64,000 nucleotides of DNA, taken from a virus. The position numbers and the translations under genes are program-made. The DNA lies in the IMG/VR virus record IMGVR_UViG_3300017917_003637, positions 22,763 through 86,762 of that record; one strand, written 5' to 3'. The notes beneath the pieces were generated by a model that did not search any database, was not told the origin of the DNA, and saw nothing but the letters and a program-made list of their open reading frames with translations. Of this stretch, positions 26,985 to 36,983 are shown piece by piece. Within the stretch, counting starts at the first letter, position 1; every line of letters begins with the position of its first letter.

Positions 26985-29045
26985 ATGGCAAAAGAAAATT
27001 TAACAATATTTCAAAGGTTAAACAGAGTTGTTAACCCTAATTACAATCCACCACAAAAACAAACCACACAACGTTTTAATTTGGGTGGTGGTGAGTTGCT
27101 TAAGACTACAAGCAAAGCTGAATATGAATCGGCTAAATTACAAGCACAACAAAATAAATACTTACAAAGCACATGGAAACGAGTTGAAAACGGTTTGTTT
27201 CAACAATCAATAAATTATGAAACAACTCGTGTTGGTTCTTATTCTGATTTTGAAGCCATGGAGTTTTACCCGACAATTGCTGCTGCGTTGGATGTGATGA
27301 TGGAGGAATCTACCACGGTAAACGATAGAGGTAGAGTGCTTAATATTTATTCAGATAGCAAGCGTGTTAAGGGTATTCTTGAGGATTTATTTTTTAACAG
27401 ACTAGATTTACACACTACGTTACCAATGTGGGTTAGAAACACATGTAAATATGGTGATAATTTTGTCTACTTAAATATCAATGATAGACAAGGTATTGTA
27501 TCCGCAAAACAAATGCCTAACTATGAAATGGAGCGTAGAGAAGCTGGGTTATATGATTTGGTTAGTGGTAGAGAATATTCTGATAACCAAGATGAAAATA
27601 AAGACAGAGTAAAATTCTATTGGAGAGGTCGTGATATTGAATTTAACTCATGGCAAATCGCCCATTTCCGTTTGTTAGGCGATGATAGACGTTTACCATA
27701 CGGTACCTCGGTGTTAGAAAAAGCAAGACGTATTTGGAAACAACTTATCTTATCTGAAGACTCTATGCTTGTATATCGTGTAACTAGAGCACCAGAAAGA
27801 CGTGTATATAAAATATATGTTGGTAACATTGATGATGCTGACGTTGAACAATACGTGAACGCGATTGCTGATAGATTTAAGCGTATGCCAATTATTGACC
27901 CTCAAACTGGACAAATTGACTTGAGATATAACCAATTATCAAACGACCAAGATTTCTTTATCCCAGTTAGAGATGAGAGCGCTCCGAATCCAATTGATAC
28001 GTTACCAGGTGCTGCCAATTTGGACCAAATTGCAGATATTCAATACTTACAAGGTAACTTATTTACTGCTTTGCGTGTTCCTAAACCATTCTTAGGTTTT
28101 GAAGAAGCAACTGGTGAAGGGAAAAATCTTGCTTTGCAAGATATACGTTTTTCTAGAACCATAAACCGTATTCAACAATCTATGCTTCAAGAGTTAAACA
28201 AGATAGCAATTATTCATTTGTTTATTCTTGGATTTGAAGAAGATTTAGATAATTTTACGCTTACACTTAATAATCCATCAACACAAGCGGAAATGCTTAA
28301 AGTTGAACACATGCAAACCAAAGTTACTCTTGTTAAAGATTCTGTTACTGATATCGGAAATGGTTTTGGTGTTATGTCTTGGACCAGAGCTCACAGAGAA
28401 ATATTGGGTTGGTCTGACGATGAAATCAAACAAGACTTACTTGAACAACGTATGGAGAAAGCCGCTGCTGCTGAATTACAAAATACAGCCGCAGTTATTA
28501 AACATACTGGTATGTTTGATGCCGTTGATAAAATATACGGTGATTACCAAGCCGCTCTTAAAGGCGCTGAAGGTGGTGAAGCCGCTGGCGGAGAAGCTGG
28601 TGGCGGAGGCGGAGGCTTCGGCGGTGGTGGTCTAGGTGGTGAAGATTTAGACTTTGGAGCTGAGGGTGGTGCTGAAGGTGGTGAAGAAGCTGCTGGTGGT
28701 GAAGAAGCTGCTGGTTTTGGAGGTGAAGCTGGTGCCGCTCCTGAGGCTGGTGCCGCTCCTGAGGCTGGTGCAACACCTGAAGCTGGTGGTGAAACACCAG
28801 AAGGTTTAGCTGAATCACTTAAAAAAACTGAAAAAGTCTTAACAGAAAGAAAAGAATACTTGGCTAAAAAGTTAAATGAAAGGAACCAAAAATATCAAAA
28901 AAGATTTGTTGATGTATTGGTGGAATCTGTTAAGGAAAAAAACGGAAATGAAGATGTTAGTGTTAAAATATATGACAAGAACGTTAAAATTAACGAAGAC
29001 GTTAACAATATGATAAATGACATAAATAAAATGTTGGATGAATAA
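26985..29045 (+). CDS. Portal protein (T4 gp20-like) with Gly/Ala/Glu-rich C-terminal extension
   Basis: EDSMLVYRVTRAPERRVYKIYVGN, DFFIPVR, IDTLPGA.NL..IADIQY, ALRVP. Confidence 0.93.
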   Translation: MAKENLTIFQRLNRVVNPNYNPPQKQTTQRFNLGGGELLKTTSKAEYESAKLQAQQNKYLQSTWKRVENGLFQQSINYETTRVGSYSDFEAMEFYPTIAAALDVMMEESTTVNDRGRVLNIYSDSKRVKGILEDLFFNRLDLHTTLPMWVRNTCKYGDNFVYLNINDRQGIVSAKQMPNYEMERREAGLYDLVSGREYSDNQDENKDRVKFYWRGRDIEFNSWQIAHFRLLGDDRRLPYGTSVLEKARRIWKQLILSEDSMLVYRVTRAPERRVYKIYVGNIDDADVEQYVNAIADRFKRMPIIDPQTGQIDLRYNQLSNDQDFFIPVRDESAPNPIDTLPGAANLDQIADIQYLQGNLFTALRVPKPFLGFEEATGEGKNLALQDIRFSRTINRIQQSMLQELNKIAIIHLFILGFEEDLDNFTLTLNNPSTQAEMLKVEHMQTKVTLVKDSVTDIGNGFGVMSWTRAHREILGWSDDEIKQDLLEQRMEKAAAAELQNTAAVIKHTGMFDAVDKIYGDYQAALKGAEGGEAAGGEAGGGGGGFGGGGLGGEDLDFGAEGGAEGGEEAAGGEEAAGFGGEAGAAPEAGAAPEAGATPEAGGETPEGLAESLKKTEKVLTERKEYLAKKLNERNQKYQKRFVDVLVESVKEKNGNEDVSVKIYDKNVKINEDVNNMINDINKMLDE
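28728..28799 (+). repeat. 18-bp intragenic tandem repeat (AGAAPE)
   Basis: GCTGGTGCCGCTCCTGAG x2 plus two degenerate copies. Confidence 0.8.
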
Positions 29046-29088
29046 GTATTTTGCTTTAAAACTTCATATTTATTAATAAAAATTAGTT

Positions 29089-29874
29089 ATGCAAAATTTT
29101 GGAAAAATAAAAAACGCTTTTAGTGAAATTTTGGCCGAGGGAATAGCTTCAAACGATGTAGCAAAAAAGAACTTGTTCAAAAAATATGTTAAGACACTTA
29201 AAGAAAGCGAAATATTAAAAACACAATTTTTGGTTTACGAAAATATTGAAAACGTGGTAGAAAATGACCAGTTTTCAGCTAACTTGATTGTTAATGAAAA
29301 TTTATCATTATTAAACAAGTTCAAGAAAAAAGACATCTTAAAAGAAAACCAAAAATTAATTGAACTGTCTGATGAAGTTAAAGCTAAATTAGATGAGTCA
29401 TATGAAGAAAGAATATCAAATTTACATGAGTCATTAAGTAGTTTATTGTTTTTAGATAAATCAGCTAAGACTGTAAATGAAATCGCTAAGAATACAAAGA
29501 ATGTTTTGGATTACATCACAACTAATAAAGTTAAAACAGTTGATGAGTCTTACGACGTCCCTAATAGTATGCTTAGCTCAATTCTTGTTGAGAAATACAA
29601 CGAAAGATATTCTGATTTAACAGAATCAGAAAAAGAAGTAATCAAAATTTTAATTGAATCAACGGATGAACAAAAAATTGAGTTGTATTCAAAAATTTCA
29701 AACGAATGTATCGATTTAATTGATTCTAAACTAAATGAATCTGATTTGGAGACAAAAGACAGATTATTAAGAGTTAAGGATAAATTGTTGAGAACAAGAG
29801 TTAAAATTGATGAGGATTTTTCTAAAAACATATCAAAATTAGTTGATTTAAAAAAAACCTTAGATAACGAATAA
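29089..29874 (+). CDS. Helical hypothetical protein, probable prohead core component
   Basis: Lies between portal and protease; ATATTTAT at 29066-29073; many xxE sites. Confidence 0.7.
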   Translation: MQNFGKIKNAFSEILAEGIASNDVAKKNLFKKYVKTLKESEILKTQFLVYENIENVVENDQFSANLIVNENLSLLNKFKKKDILKENQKLIELSDEVKAKLDESYEERISNLHESLSSLLFLDKSAKTVNEIAKNTKNVLDYITTNKVKTVDESYDVPNSMLSSILVEKYNERYSDLTESEKEVIKILIESTDEQKIELYSKISNECIDLIDSKLNESDLETKDRLLRVKDKLLRTRVKIDEDFSKNISKLVDLKKTLDNE

Positions 29875-29889
29875 AAAAACCAATAGTTT

Positions 29890-30111
29890 ATGGACAAGTT
29901 TCAAAATATAGCGCCTAGCGAAAATATCTTAAAATTAAGAAAACTAACAGAGCAAATTTGTTCTGTTGAACCAAAGGATGAGTGTCTGATGAATGAATTA
30001 AAATTGATTATTGATAAAGGGACTGAAGCTATATTATCGTCTAAAACTGAAAGAACAAAATTGAAATATTACGAAAATATGTTTTTAGAAATAAAAAAAC
30101 TTATAGATTAA
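29890..30111 (+). CDS. Hypothetical protein
   Basis: 73-aa ORF in operon. Confidence 0.6.
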   Translation: MDKFQNIAPSENILKLRKLTEQICSVEPKDECLMNELKLIIDKGTEAILSSKTERTKLKYYENMFLEIKKLID

Positions 30112-30123
30112 AATTTATAAACA

Positions 30124-30459
30124 ATGGCAGAAAATAAAGACACTTGGGCTGATTACAGTAAATTAGTATTGAAAGAGTTGGAACGTTTAAACGAGAATCA
30201 TGAAAAAATGCGTTCAGATTTTGATTCTAGACTTAATGAAATGAATCTTAAATTAAATGATGTTAAGGGTATAGAAAAAAGTGTAAATCAAAATAGTGAG
30301 TGGATTCAAAAGGTAAATGATATTTGGTCACCAGTACAAATGAAAGAAGCTAAAGACGAACTTTATAGACAAAAAAATCGTTGGGTAGCGGTTATCGCTA
30401 TCATGAGTTTCATTCAAGTAATAATGGGTGTTATATTATCACTTTGGGGTAAAATTTAA
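30124..30459 (+). CDS. Coiled-coil protein with C-terminal transmembrane helix (holin/XhlA-like architecture)
   Basis: Heptad-like region then WVAVIAIMSFIQVIMGVILSLW. Confidence 0.6.
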   Translation: MAENKDTWADYSKLVLKELERLNENHEKMRSDFDSRLNEMNLKLNDVKGIEKSVNQNSEWIQKVNDIWSPVQMKEAKDELYRQKNRWVAVIAIMSFIQVIMGVILSLWGKI

Positions 30460-30491
30460 TTTGACTTTTACCAGGTAATTTCTTATATTTG
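30460..30491 (+). promoter_or_regulatory. Bacteroidota-type primary sigma promoter
   Basis: TTTG 30460-30463, N20, TATATTTG 30484-30491, ATG at 30508. Confidence 0.7.
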
Positions 30492-30507
30492 TATAAAATA
30501 CAAACAT

Positions 30508-30951
30508 ATGAAATCAGGAAAACAAATTAAGATGGAAAATTACAAAAATTACAATATAACCTACGGTTGTGTTGACAACAAGAACCCTAAATCTGTCTTT
30601 ATAAACATCACAGCATGGGTAGAACCATTATCAGAAGAAGAAGAGGATTATAATAAAATTATAAAATCTCTTAACAAAAAAATTAGACAATCAGTTTATA
30701 ACTTTTTGTCAACCAATAACACAACTTCTTTTGTTAAAGATAAAACAATAGTTGATTTGGACCTTAGGGAATCTGGAATCAAATTTGGAAAAAGAAGTTT
30801 TATGAGTTGTGAGGTTACTCTATTTCAAAATGAGGATAATAGTATCAACTCAGACATTGTTAAAAAAGGATTAAATTTAATATCAAATCTTGTAATAGAT
30901 GAGATATTTGAAAACGATGAAGATTTTAAATATCATAAAAGAAAACAGTAA
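30508..30951 (+). CDS. Hypothetical protein
   Basis: 147-aa ORF with its own host-type promoter and terminator. Confidence 0.75.
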   Translation: MKSGKQIKMENYKNYNITYGCVDNKNPKSVFINITAWVEPLSEEEEDYNKIIKSLNKKIRQSVYNFLSTNNTTSFVKDKTIVDLDLRESGIKFGKRSFMSCEVTLFQNEDNSINSDIVKKGLNLISNLVIDEIFENDEDFKYHKRKQ

Positions 30952-30956
30952 AAATT

Positions 30957-30986
30957 AAACCCAGCCCTTAAAAGCTGGGTTTTTTT
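30957..30986 (+). terminator. Intrinsic terminator
   Basis: AAACCCAGC-loop-GCTGGGTTT then Ts. Confidence 0.8.
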
Positions 30987-31025
30987 ATTTGATGAACATA
31001 TTTATATCTATAAGAGTTTAATATT

Positions 31026-31751
31026 ATGGATATAAATTATAAAGACTTTAGAATACTTAAGAGAGGTGAATCTGGTTGGGGTGGCCTTATTGAGCACGAT
31101 GCTGGGTATATTAGCCCAGATGAACCTAGAAACCAACCATTCATCAACGAAATCAAAAAACTAGACGGTGGCAGCAAATTAGCCATAGTCGAGCCGTTAA
31201 TCGTATATGTAGTACTTCAAAAATACGGAATCCTTAATCGTAACGGTAGGGTATATCCAGAATCAGTATTAAAAAAACAAGTTAATCTTTATCAAGAAGC
31301 AATTCGTGAGCGTAGAGCGGTTGGTGAATTAGACCACCCAGAATCTTCAATTATTGCTGGTGATAGAATTTCACATAATATTATTGAAACTTGGTGGGAA
31401 GGACAAACCCTTATGGGTAAGATGGAAATCCTTATGACTCCAGGTTTTATAAACTATGGTATTGTATCAACTAAGGGTGATGAGGTTGCAAACTTATTGA
31501 GAAACAGAATCAAGATTGGAGTTTCTTCTAGAGGTGTTGGTTCGCTTAAAGAAGGTAAAAACGGAGAACAAATAGTACAAGATGATTTTGAAATTATTTG
31601 TTGGGATGTGGTTACAGCACCTTCAACTCCAGATGCTTGGATTGGCCGTAGCGCTGAAGAAATGAAGCCATATGTTGAAAACACTGAAGTTAAAAAACCA
31701 ATTATCAAAGAAACACTTAAGGATAACTTAGATAAATTTTTAGCTGATTAA
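31026..31751 (+). CDS. Prohead core protease (T4 gp21-like)
   Basis: NRNGRVYP, AVGELDHP, IGVSSRGVGS, DVVTAPSTPDA; ATATTTAT at 30998-31005. Confidence 0.93.
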   Translation: MDINYKDFRILKRGESGWGGLIEHDAGYISPDEPRNQPFINEIKKLDGGSKLAIVEPLIVYVVLQKYGILNRNGRVYPESVLKKQVNLYQEAIRERRAVGELDHPESSIIAGDRISHNIIETWWEGQTLMGKMEILMTPGFINYGIVSTKGDEVANLLRNRIKIGVSSRGVGSLKEGKNGEQIVQDDFEIICWDVVTAPSTPDAWIGRSAEEMKPYVENTEVKKPIIKETLKDNLDKFLAD

Positions 31752-31871
31752 CACAAAATAATTAATTTTTTTAGCTAAAAAGTGATTTTTGCTAAAAACA
31801 CACATATTTATTAACAAATGAGTTAACACTCACTATTTATCTAATAAAAAAATTATCTTAATTAAAAAGAA

Positions 31872-33128
31872 ATGGCAGATAAAAAATCAATACTTGAAGA
31901 AGCCCTTTTGGATATCAATCATATTCAAAATGCTCTTAATGCTAATACCAAAGAAATACTTCGTTCGGTAGCGAAAGAAGAAATTAACGGTGTTGTGAAA
32001 GAGTCTCTAGAAGAAGAGATTTACGAAGAAGAAGAAGTAGAGGAAACTATGGATGAAGCTACTGAAGAAGTAGAAGAAACTATGGATGAATCTATGGAAG
32101 AAATTGAAGAAGGTTATATGGAAGAAGAAGGTGACCTTGAAGAAGGCGACCTTGAAGAAGAAAGCATGGATGAAGACATGGATGAACTTGATATGACTGA
32201 CGCATCAGATGATGAAGTTATTGCTATCTACAAAAAAATGAGTGGTGATGATGAAATCGAAATTGTAGGCGATGAATTACGCTTAAACATTTCAGAACCA
32301 GGTGAATACGTTGTTAAACTTAACGGCGCTGACGAAATGGGTGACGAAGACATGGAAGATGAATTAGAATTGGAACCAGCTGACGATATTATGGGTGGTG
32401 ACGATGAAGAAGACATGGACATGGATATTGAAGATACCGATGAAGAAGGTGACGAAGAAGATTTTGACTACGAAATCGAAATGGATGACGAGGAAGACAT
32501 GGGCGACGAAGAAGACGACATGGAAGATGAAGAATCTATGGATGACGAAGAAATGGGTGACGAAGAAGAGGAAGAAGAAATTGAAGAATCTTTGGGATAC
32601 ACAAGAGGTTATGCTGGTAGACAAGGCGCTAGAAAAAATGGTGCTGCTCACTTACCAAAACCTAAATCTGAAAGTGTAAATGAAACAATCGCTGCAAAAA
32701 AATTAGTTTCTGAAACAGCTAAAAAATATAATGCTTTATTAACTGAAGCAACTAAACTTAAAGCTGAGAATAATGAATTCAGAGCAGCTCTTAAAGAGTT
32801 TAGAACAAAATTGGTAGAAACTGTAGTTTTCAATAGCAATTTAACTTACGTAACTAAATTGTTTATGGAACACTCAACAACCAAAGGTGAAAAAGATTCA
32901 ATCCTTAAAAGATTTGATGATGTAACTAGCCTTAAAGAATCAAAAAAACTTTATAAAACTATTGCTAACGAATTGGAGTCTAGAAAACCAATTTCAGAAT
33001 CAGTAGAAAATAAAATCATTAAAGAAGCTACTAGTGGTGTATCAAAACAAATTGTAGAAAGCACCGCTTATGTAGACCCTTCAACAAAGAGAATCATGGA
33101 TTTGATTAACAGAGTTGAAAGAAGATAA
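31872..33128 (+). CDS. Prohead scaffold/core protein (T4 gp22-like position)
   Basis: Very acidic centre and coiled-coil C-terminus, between protease and capsid genes; ATATTTAT at 31804-31811. Confidence 0.8.
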   Translation: MADKKSILEEALLDINHIQNALNANTKEILRSVAKEEINGVVKESLEEEIYEEEEVEETMDEATEEVEETMDESMEEIEEGYMEEEGDLEEGDLEEESMDEDMDELDMTDASDDEVIAIYKKMSGDDEIEIVGDELRLNISEPGEYVVKLNGADEMGDEDMEDELELEPADDIMGGDDEEDMDMDIEDTDEEGDEEDFDYEIEMDDEEDMGDEEDDMEDEESMDDEEMGDEEEEEEIEESLGYTRGYAGRQGARKNGAAHLPKPKSESVNETIAAKKLVSETAKKYNALLTEATKLKAENNEFRAALKEFRTKLVETVVFNSNLTYVTKLFMEHSTTKGEKDSILKRFDDVTSLKESKKLYKTIANELESRKPISESVENKIIKEATSGVSKQIVESTAYVDPSTKRIMDLINRVERR

Positions 33129-33163
33129 TAATAACAACCCAAAAAATAAAAACTTAAAAAACT

Positions 33164-35023
33164 ATGTCACATTTATTGACTTCAGGACAAGTTGGTAACA
33201 TCGGATTAAACCACATGAAGGCTATCCGTTTGGAAACCCAACAAAAATGGGACTCTTTAGGATTCTTAGATGGTCTTAAAGGTCACGTTAAAGAAAATAT
33301 TGCTCAGTTATATGAAAACCAAGCTTCAAACTTGTTAACTGAGGCAACTAACGCTACATCATCTGGTTCTTTCGAGACTGTAGTATTCCCAATCGTAAGA
33401 AGAGTTTTCTCAAAATTATTAGCTAACGACGTAGTATCTGTACAAGCTATGAACATGCCAATTGGTAAATTGTTCTACTTTGTGCCTCTTACTTCAGAGC
33501 GTGTAAACGCTGCTGGTCAAGGTGGTGACCCATATGCTACAACTGCATCTAGTGATGTTTGGTCTACTAACCCAGTATACTCTGCTCACACTTCAATGGG
33601 TAACGAAGGTATTCCATCATGTGTTAAAGCTGCTGGTAGTACTTGTACTGTAACTCCATTTGCTGCTAAAAACTTGTACGATATATTCTACAACGATGGT
33701 TTATTCGATAACTCAAAAGGTACTCTTACAATTAAGACTGCTAGCCCACTAGGTGTTTACACTTTAGGTACTGACGGTGCTTTCAGTATTGTAACTGGTA
33801 CTGGTACTACTTTACCTACAGCTGCTGACGGTTCTGTTAGAAGCGTAATTGTTGCTCTTTCTGGTTTCTCAGGTGGTGCAGGTTCTAACGGTAGAGAAGT
33901 GTTGACAGGTCCTGATGGAAACAACATGGATACTGAATCATTCTTAGCGTCTCTTCACGTAATCGCTGGTTCTACATTGTTAGACGCAGATGGTAACGCT
34001 GTTGTTGCTATCAACAAAGAAGTTCCATTCCGTCTTGTTACTCAAAGATACGGTGTTGGTATCGTTTCTGGTCCTAACGTTGTAACTGATGGTAACGGTG
34101 TATGTTGGTTAGAGTTAGATTTGACTCACCCAGTTGGTACTTCTGCTACTGCTGGTGCATCTTACCCAGGTACTGCAACTTATGATGGTTATGTAGGTGT
34201 TTCTGCAACAACATTCCCTTCATTCTCAGGTTTCAGTGCTGCATGGGCTGAATACGCAACATTAGAGTTCGAAACAGAAATGGGTGAAGTATCATTCAGA
34301 CTTGATGAAGTTGTTGTTTCTGTAGAAGAAAGAAAATTAAGAGCTACTTGGTCTCCAGAGTTAGCACAAGACGTTAGTGCATTCCACAACATCGATGCTG
34401 AAGCTGAGTTGACAGCTATGTTGTCAGAACAAGTTGCTGCTGAGATTGACCGTGAAATCCTTAGAGATTTACGTAAAGCTGCTGCATGGCAATTGCGTTG
34501 GGACTACAACGGATGGAGAAAAACTTCAACTGCTGCTCAACCATATACTCAAAAAGAGTGGAACCAAACTTTAATTACTAAAGTTAACCAAATTTCTGCT
34601 CAAATCCATAAATCTACACTTAGAGGTGGTGCTAACTTCATCGTTGTATCTTCAGAGATTTCTGCAATCTTCGACGACTTAGAATACTTCCACGTGTCAG
34701 ACGCTAACCCTGAGCAAGACCAATACAACATGGGTATTGAGAGAATCGGTTCATTAGGTGGTAGATATCAAGTATATCGTGACCCATATGCACCAGCATA
34801 CTCAATCATCATCGGTCACAAAGGTAAATCATTATTGGACACTGGTTACATCTACGCTCCGTATGTACCATTACAGTTGACTCCAACAATGTATAACCCA
34901 TTCAACTTTGCTCCAGTGAAAGGTATCATGACTCGTTACGCTAAAAAAGTGGTTAACAACAGATTCTATGGTCACTTGAGAGTTGATGGTGTACAAACCT
35001 TCAACATCAATGAATTAAGATAA
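33164..35023 (+). CDS. Major capsid protein (T4 gp23-like)
   Basis: PIVRRVF..L.A...VSVQAM..P.G, RKLRATWSPELAQD, EIDREI, YAPYVPL, GIMTRY. Confidence 0.96.
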   Translation: MSHLLTSGQVGNIGLNHMKAIRLETQQKWDSLGFLDGLKGHVKENIAQLYENQASNLLTEATNATSSGSFETVVFPIVRRVFSKLLANDVVSVQAMNMPIGKLFYFVPLTSERVNAAGQGGDPYATTASSDVWSTNPVYSAHTSMGNEGIPSCVKAAGSTCTVTPFAAKNLYDIFYNDGLFDNSKGTLTIKTASPLGVYTLGTDGAFSIVTGTGTTLPTAADGSVRSVIVALSGFSGGAGSNGREVLTGPDGNNMDTESFLASLHVIAGSTLLDADGNAVVAINKEVPFRLVTQRYGVGIVSGPNVVTDGNGVCWLELDLTHPVGTSATAGASYPGTATYDGYVGVSATTFPSFSGFSAAWAEYATLEFETEMGEVSFRLDEVVVSVEERKLRATWSPELAQDVSAFHNIDAEAELTAMLSEQVAAEIDREILRDLRKAAAWQLRWDYNGWRKTSTAAQPYTQKEWNQTLITKVNQISAQIHKSTLRGGANFIVVSSEISAIFDDLEYFHVSDANPEQDQYNMGIERIGSLGGRYQVYRDPYAPAYSIIIGHKGKSLLDTGYIYAPYVPLQLTPTMYNPFNFAPVKGIMTRYAKKVVNNRFYGHLRVDGVQTFNINELR

Positions 35024-35042
35024 TCTAATCTTATATAAACTT

Positions 35043-35072
35043 AAAAAAGGCTACCAAACGGTGGCCTTTTTT
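35043..35072 (+). terminator. Intrinsic terminator after the capsid gene
   Basis: AAAAAAGGCTACC-AAAC-GGTGGCCTTTTTT. Confidence 0.85.
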
Positions 35073-35094
35073 ATTTTATGAAATATTTATAGAT

Positions 35095-35874
35095 ATGAAA
35101 GAATTTATAAAAAAACTACTTAGAGAAGGGTTAGAAGAATTAACACCTGAGGAATTGGAACAAATAAATGTGATAGTTAATAGGGAAATGATTCAAGCCA
35201 AAGAACGAATAGAAGAATTAAAACACGAGTTAGATACAACTCATAAGGTGTTGGATTCAATATTAACAGCCATGGCTAGTGGTAAACTTGAAGGTGTTCC
35301 TACTGATTATGTTTTAAATATGAAAAAAGAAAAAGAGAATAGAATTCATCAATTAGAAACATACATAAACAATTGGGAAAAAACCGATAGACAAGAAATC
35401 TTTAATAGAGTTTCCACTCAGTACTTAGCTAACAAAAAATACGAACAAGAAAGACGTAAGGCTAGAGAGTCTAGAACATTTGGTAAAGAAGACATCATAA
35501 ATTTATTTGTAGACGCTTTAGAGGGTGGTTCTAACTATTGGTATGAAATACGTCATTTACCTAAAGAAGTTCGATATAAAGCAAACGAAATGGGTGAATC
35601 GGTATCTGAAGCCATAGGTGAATATATTCTTCAAGGTGGTTATGTTCAATTTTATGATGCTGAGGAAGAATATGACGACGATGATTATCAAGAAAAATAT
35701 TCTGATAAAGGATTATTGGGTACAGTTGATATGAACTCAATACTGGAAGCAATAACAATAATAAAAAAAGATTACCCAGAAGTTTGGGAAAATATACTTG
35801 ATGAGCAATATGATGCTAACGATGCTGATATATTTTTACAGTTGTGTGTAATGGGTGAAGTGGTATTTGGATAA
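35095..35874 (+). CDS. Hypothetical protein with MKEFIKKLLRE leader
   Basis: 259-aa ORF; ATATTTAT at 35083-35090. Confidence 0.75.
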   Translation: MKEFIKKLLREGLEELTPEELEQINVIVNREMIQAKERIEELKHELDTTHKVLDSILTAMASGKLEGVPTDYVLNMKKEKENRIHQLETYINNWEKTDRQEIFNRVSTQYLANKKYEQERRKARESRTFGKEDIINLFVDALEGGSNYWYEIRHLPKEVRYKANEMGESVSEAIGEYILQGGYVQFYDAEEEYDDDDYQEKYSDKGLLGTVDMNSILEAITIIKKDYPEVWENILDEQYDANDADIFLQLCVMGEVVFG

Positions 35875-35878
35875 ATAA

Positions 35879-35904
35879 TAAAAGGGCCTAAGTTAGGCCC
35901 TTTT
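35879..35904. terminator. Bidirectional terminator
   Basis: AAAAAGGGCCTA-AGT-TAGGCCCTTTT between convergent genes. Confidence 0.8.
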
Positions 35905-35933
35905 AATTTATATACGTTAACATGTTTAATTAT

Positions 35934-36893
35934 TTATGCTTTTGTGCCGCAGTGACCGCAAAATTTGTGGTCTTTATGTAGTTTGGCACCACAGTTAGTA
36001 CAATATACTTTAACTTTGATATCTTCGGCTGTGTTTATTTTTTGAGATACTGGAAGCAATTTAGCTTCTACAGTATGAAACGCAAACCATTCAAAGTCTT
36101 TGTTTACTGTTTTGAATTTTTGGTCAGAATGTGAACCTTCTTCAACTCTACCAGTTTCTATGGATTTAGACCTCTTAGCTTTTAGGTTTTTAGTTGGTTC
36201 TGGGATTGAAAGACTATCAAAAGTAACTTCACCAGATACGTTGCTAATAGTTGCCGATGCATTATAAAACGCGCTGGTAGAAATATCATTAGAAAAACTA
36301 CTTCCTAATAAACCAGTTGTTGAATAAGTATCACCAATTGATGCTGTGCTAGTTGTAAATGTATCACACAATGGTGTGTTAGGTGCTGTACTTGAATTGT
36401 TAACATAACCACCAGAAATTGGGCTATCGTAACGGATAATACCTTGGTCACGATTTGGACCACCCCAAACATCTCTACCTCTAGTTAAACTACCAAATGT
36501 TAAAATTGGGTTTCTTGGTCTTGGTTTTGATTCTCGATAGAATTGAACCTTGAAGTCACCGTTGTTAGCTATTGCTTCGCGAACTTCTTGAGTATTAGAA
36601 ACTTCATAGGTGTCAAACATAAATTTTTTGGCAACATCTAAGTATCTGTCTAGAAACACACGTTGACCTGGGTTCAATACAAGACCGCCTTGTGAAATTT
36701 CGTTTCCGTTTAGTGTGATTTTAGCGAGAATAGTGTCCGTAGTTGGATTGAAAAGCTCAATCTGGAACTCTTGCCCTTTTTGTAAGTAATAAGTCGGCAT
36801 ATCGCCTTTTTTGTTGTAAACTTTAAGTCTACTCTTGTTCACAGCAATGTTTGCTGTTGGCGCCTTTGGCGCCACATAGTTTAATTGTTTCAT
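35934..36893 (-). CDS. Protein with N-terminal beta-rich domain, Ser/Thr-rich linker and C-terminal zinc ribbon
   Basis: C-terminal YCTNCG...KFCGHCG; 319 aa. Confidence 0.8.
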   Translation of the reverse strand: MKQLNYVAPKAPTANIAVNKSRLKVYNKKGDMPTYYLQKGQEFQIELFNPTTDTILAKITLNGNEISQGGLVLNPGQRVFLDRYLDVAKKFMFDTYEVSNTQEVREAIANNGDFKVQFYRESKPRPRNPILTFGSLTRGRDVWGGPNRDQGIIRYDSPISGGYVNNSSTAPNTPLCDTFTTSTASIGDTYSTTGLLGSSFSNDISTSAFYNASATISNVSGEVTFDSLSIPEPTKNLKAKRSKSIETGRVEEGSHSDQKFKTVNKDFEWFAFHTVEAKLLPVSQKINTAEDIKVKVYCTNCGAKLHKDHKFCGHCGTKA

Positions 36894-36924
36894 TTTAATT
36901 AACTTTTTAATTCTTGTTATTAAT

Positions 36925-36983
36925 GTACCAATTTCTTTGTTGCCTAGACAACTCTAAAGCCTTATAAGACTCGAAACCAATAC
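36925..36983 (-). ncRNA. Putative structured 5' leader (three-way junction)
   Basis: Three stems found by eye; every non-Watson-Crick position is G-U on the minus strand only. Confidence 0.4.

Noticed and set aside
29845-29874. T_TTA_AAA plus A8 near the end of 29089-29874 as a third frameshift
   Set aside because: The -1 frame stops within a few codons, and the next gene has its own ATG.
31980-32600. GAA/GAT-rich quasi-repeats
   Set aside because: Explained by the acidic low-complexity region of the scaffold protein.
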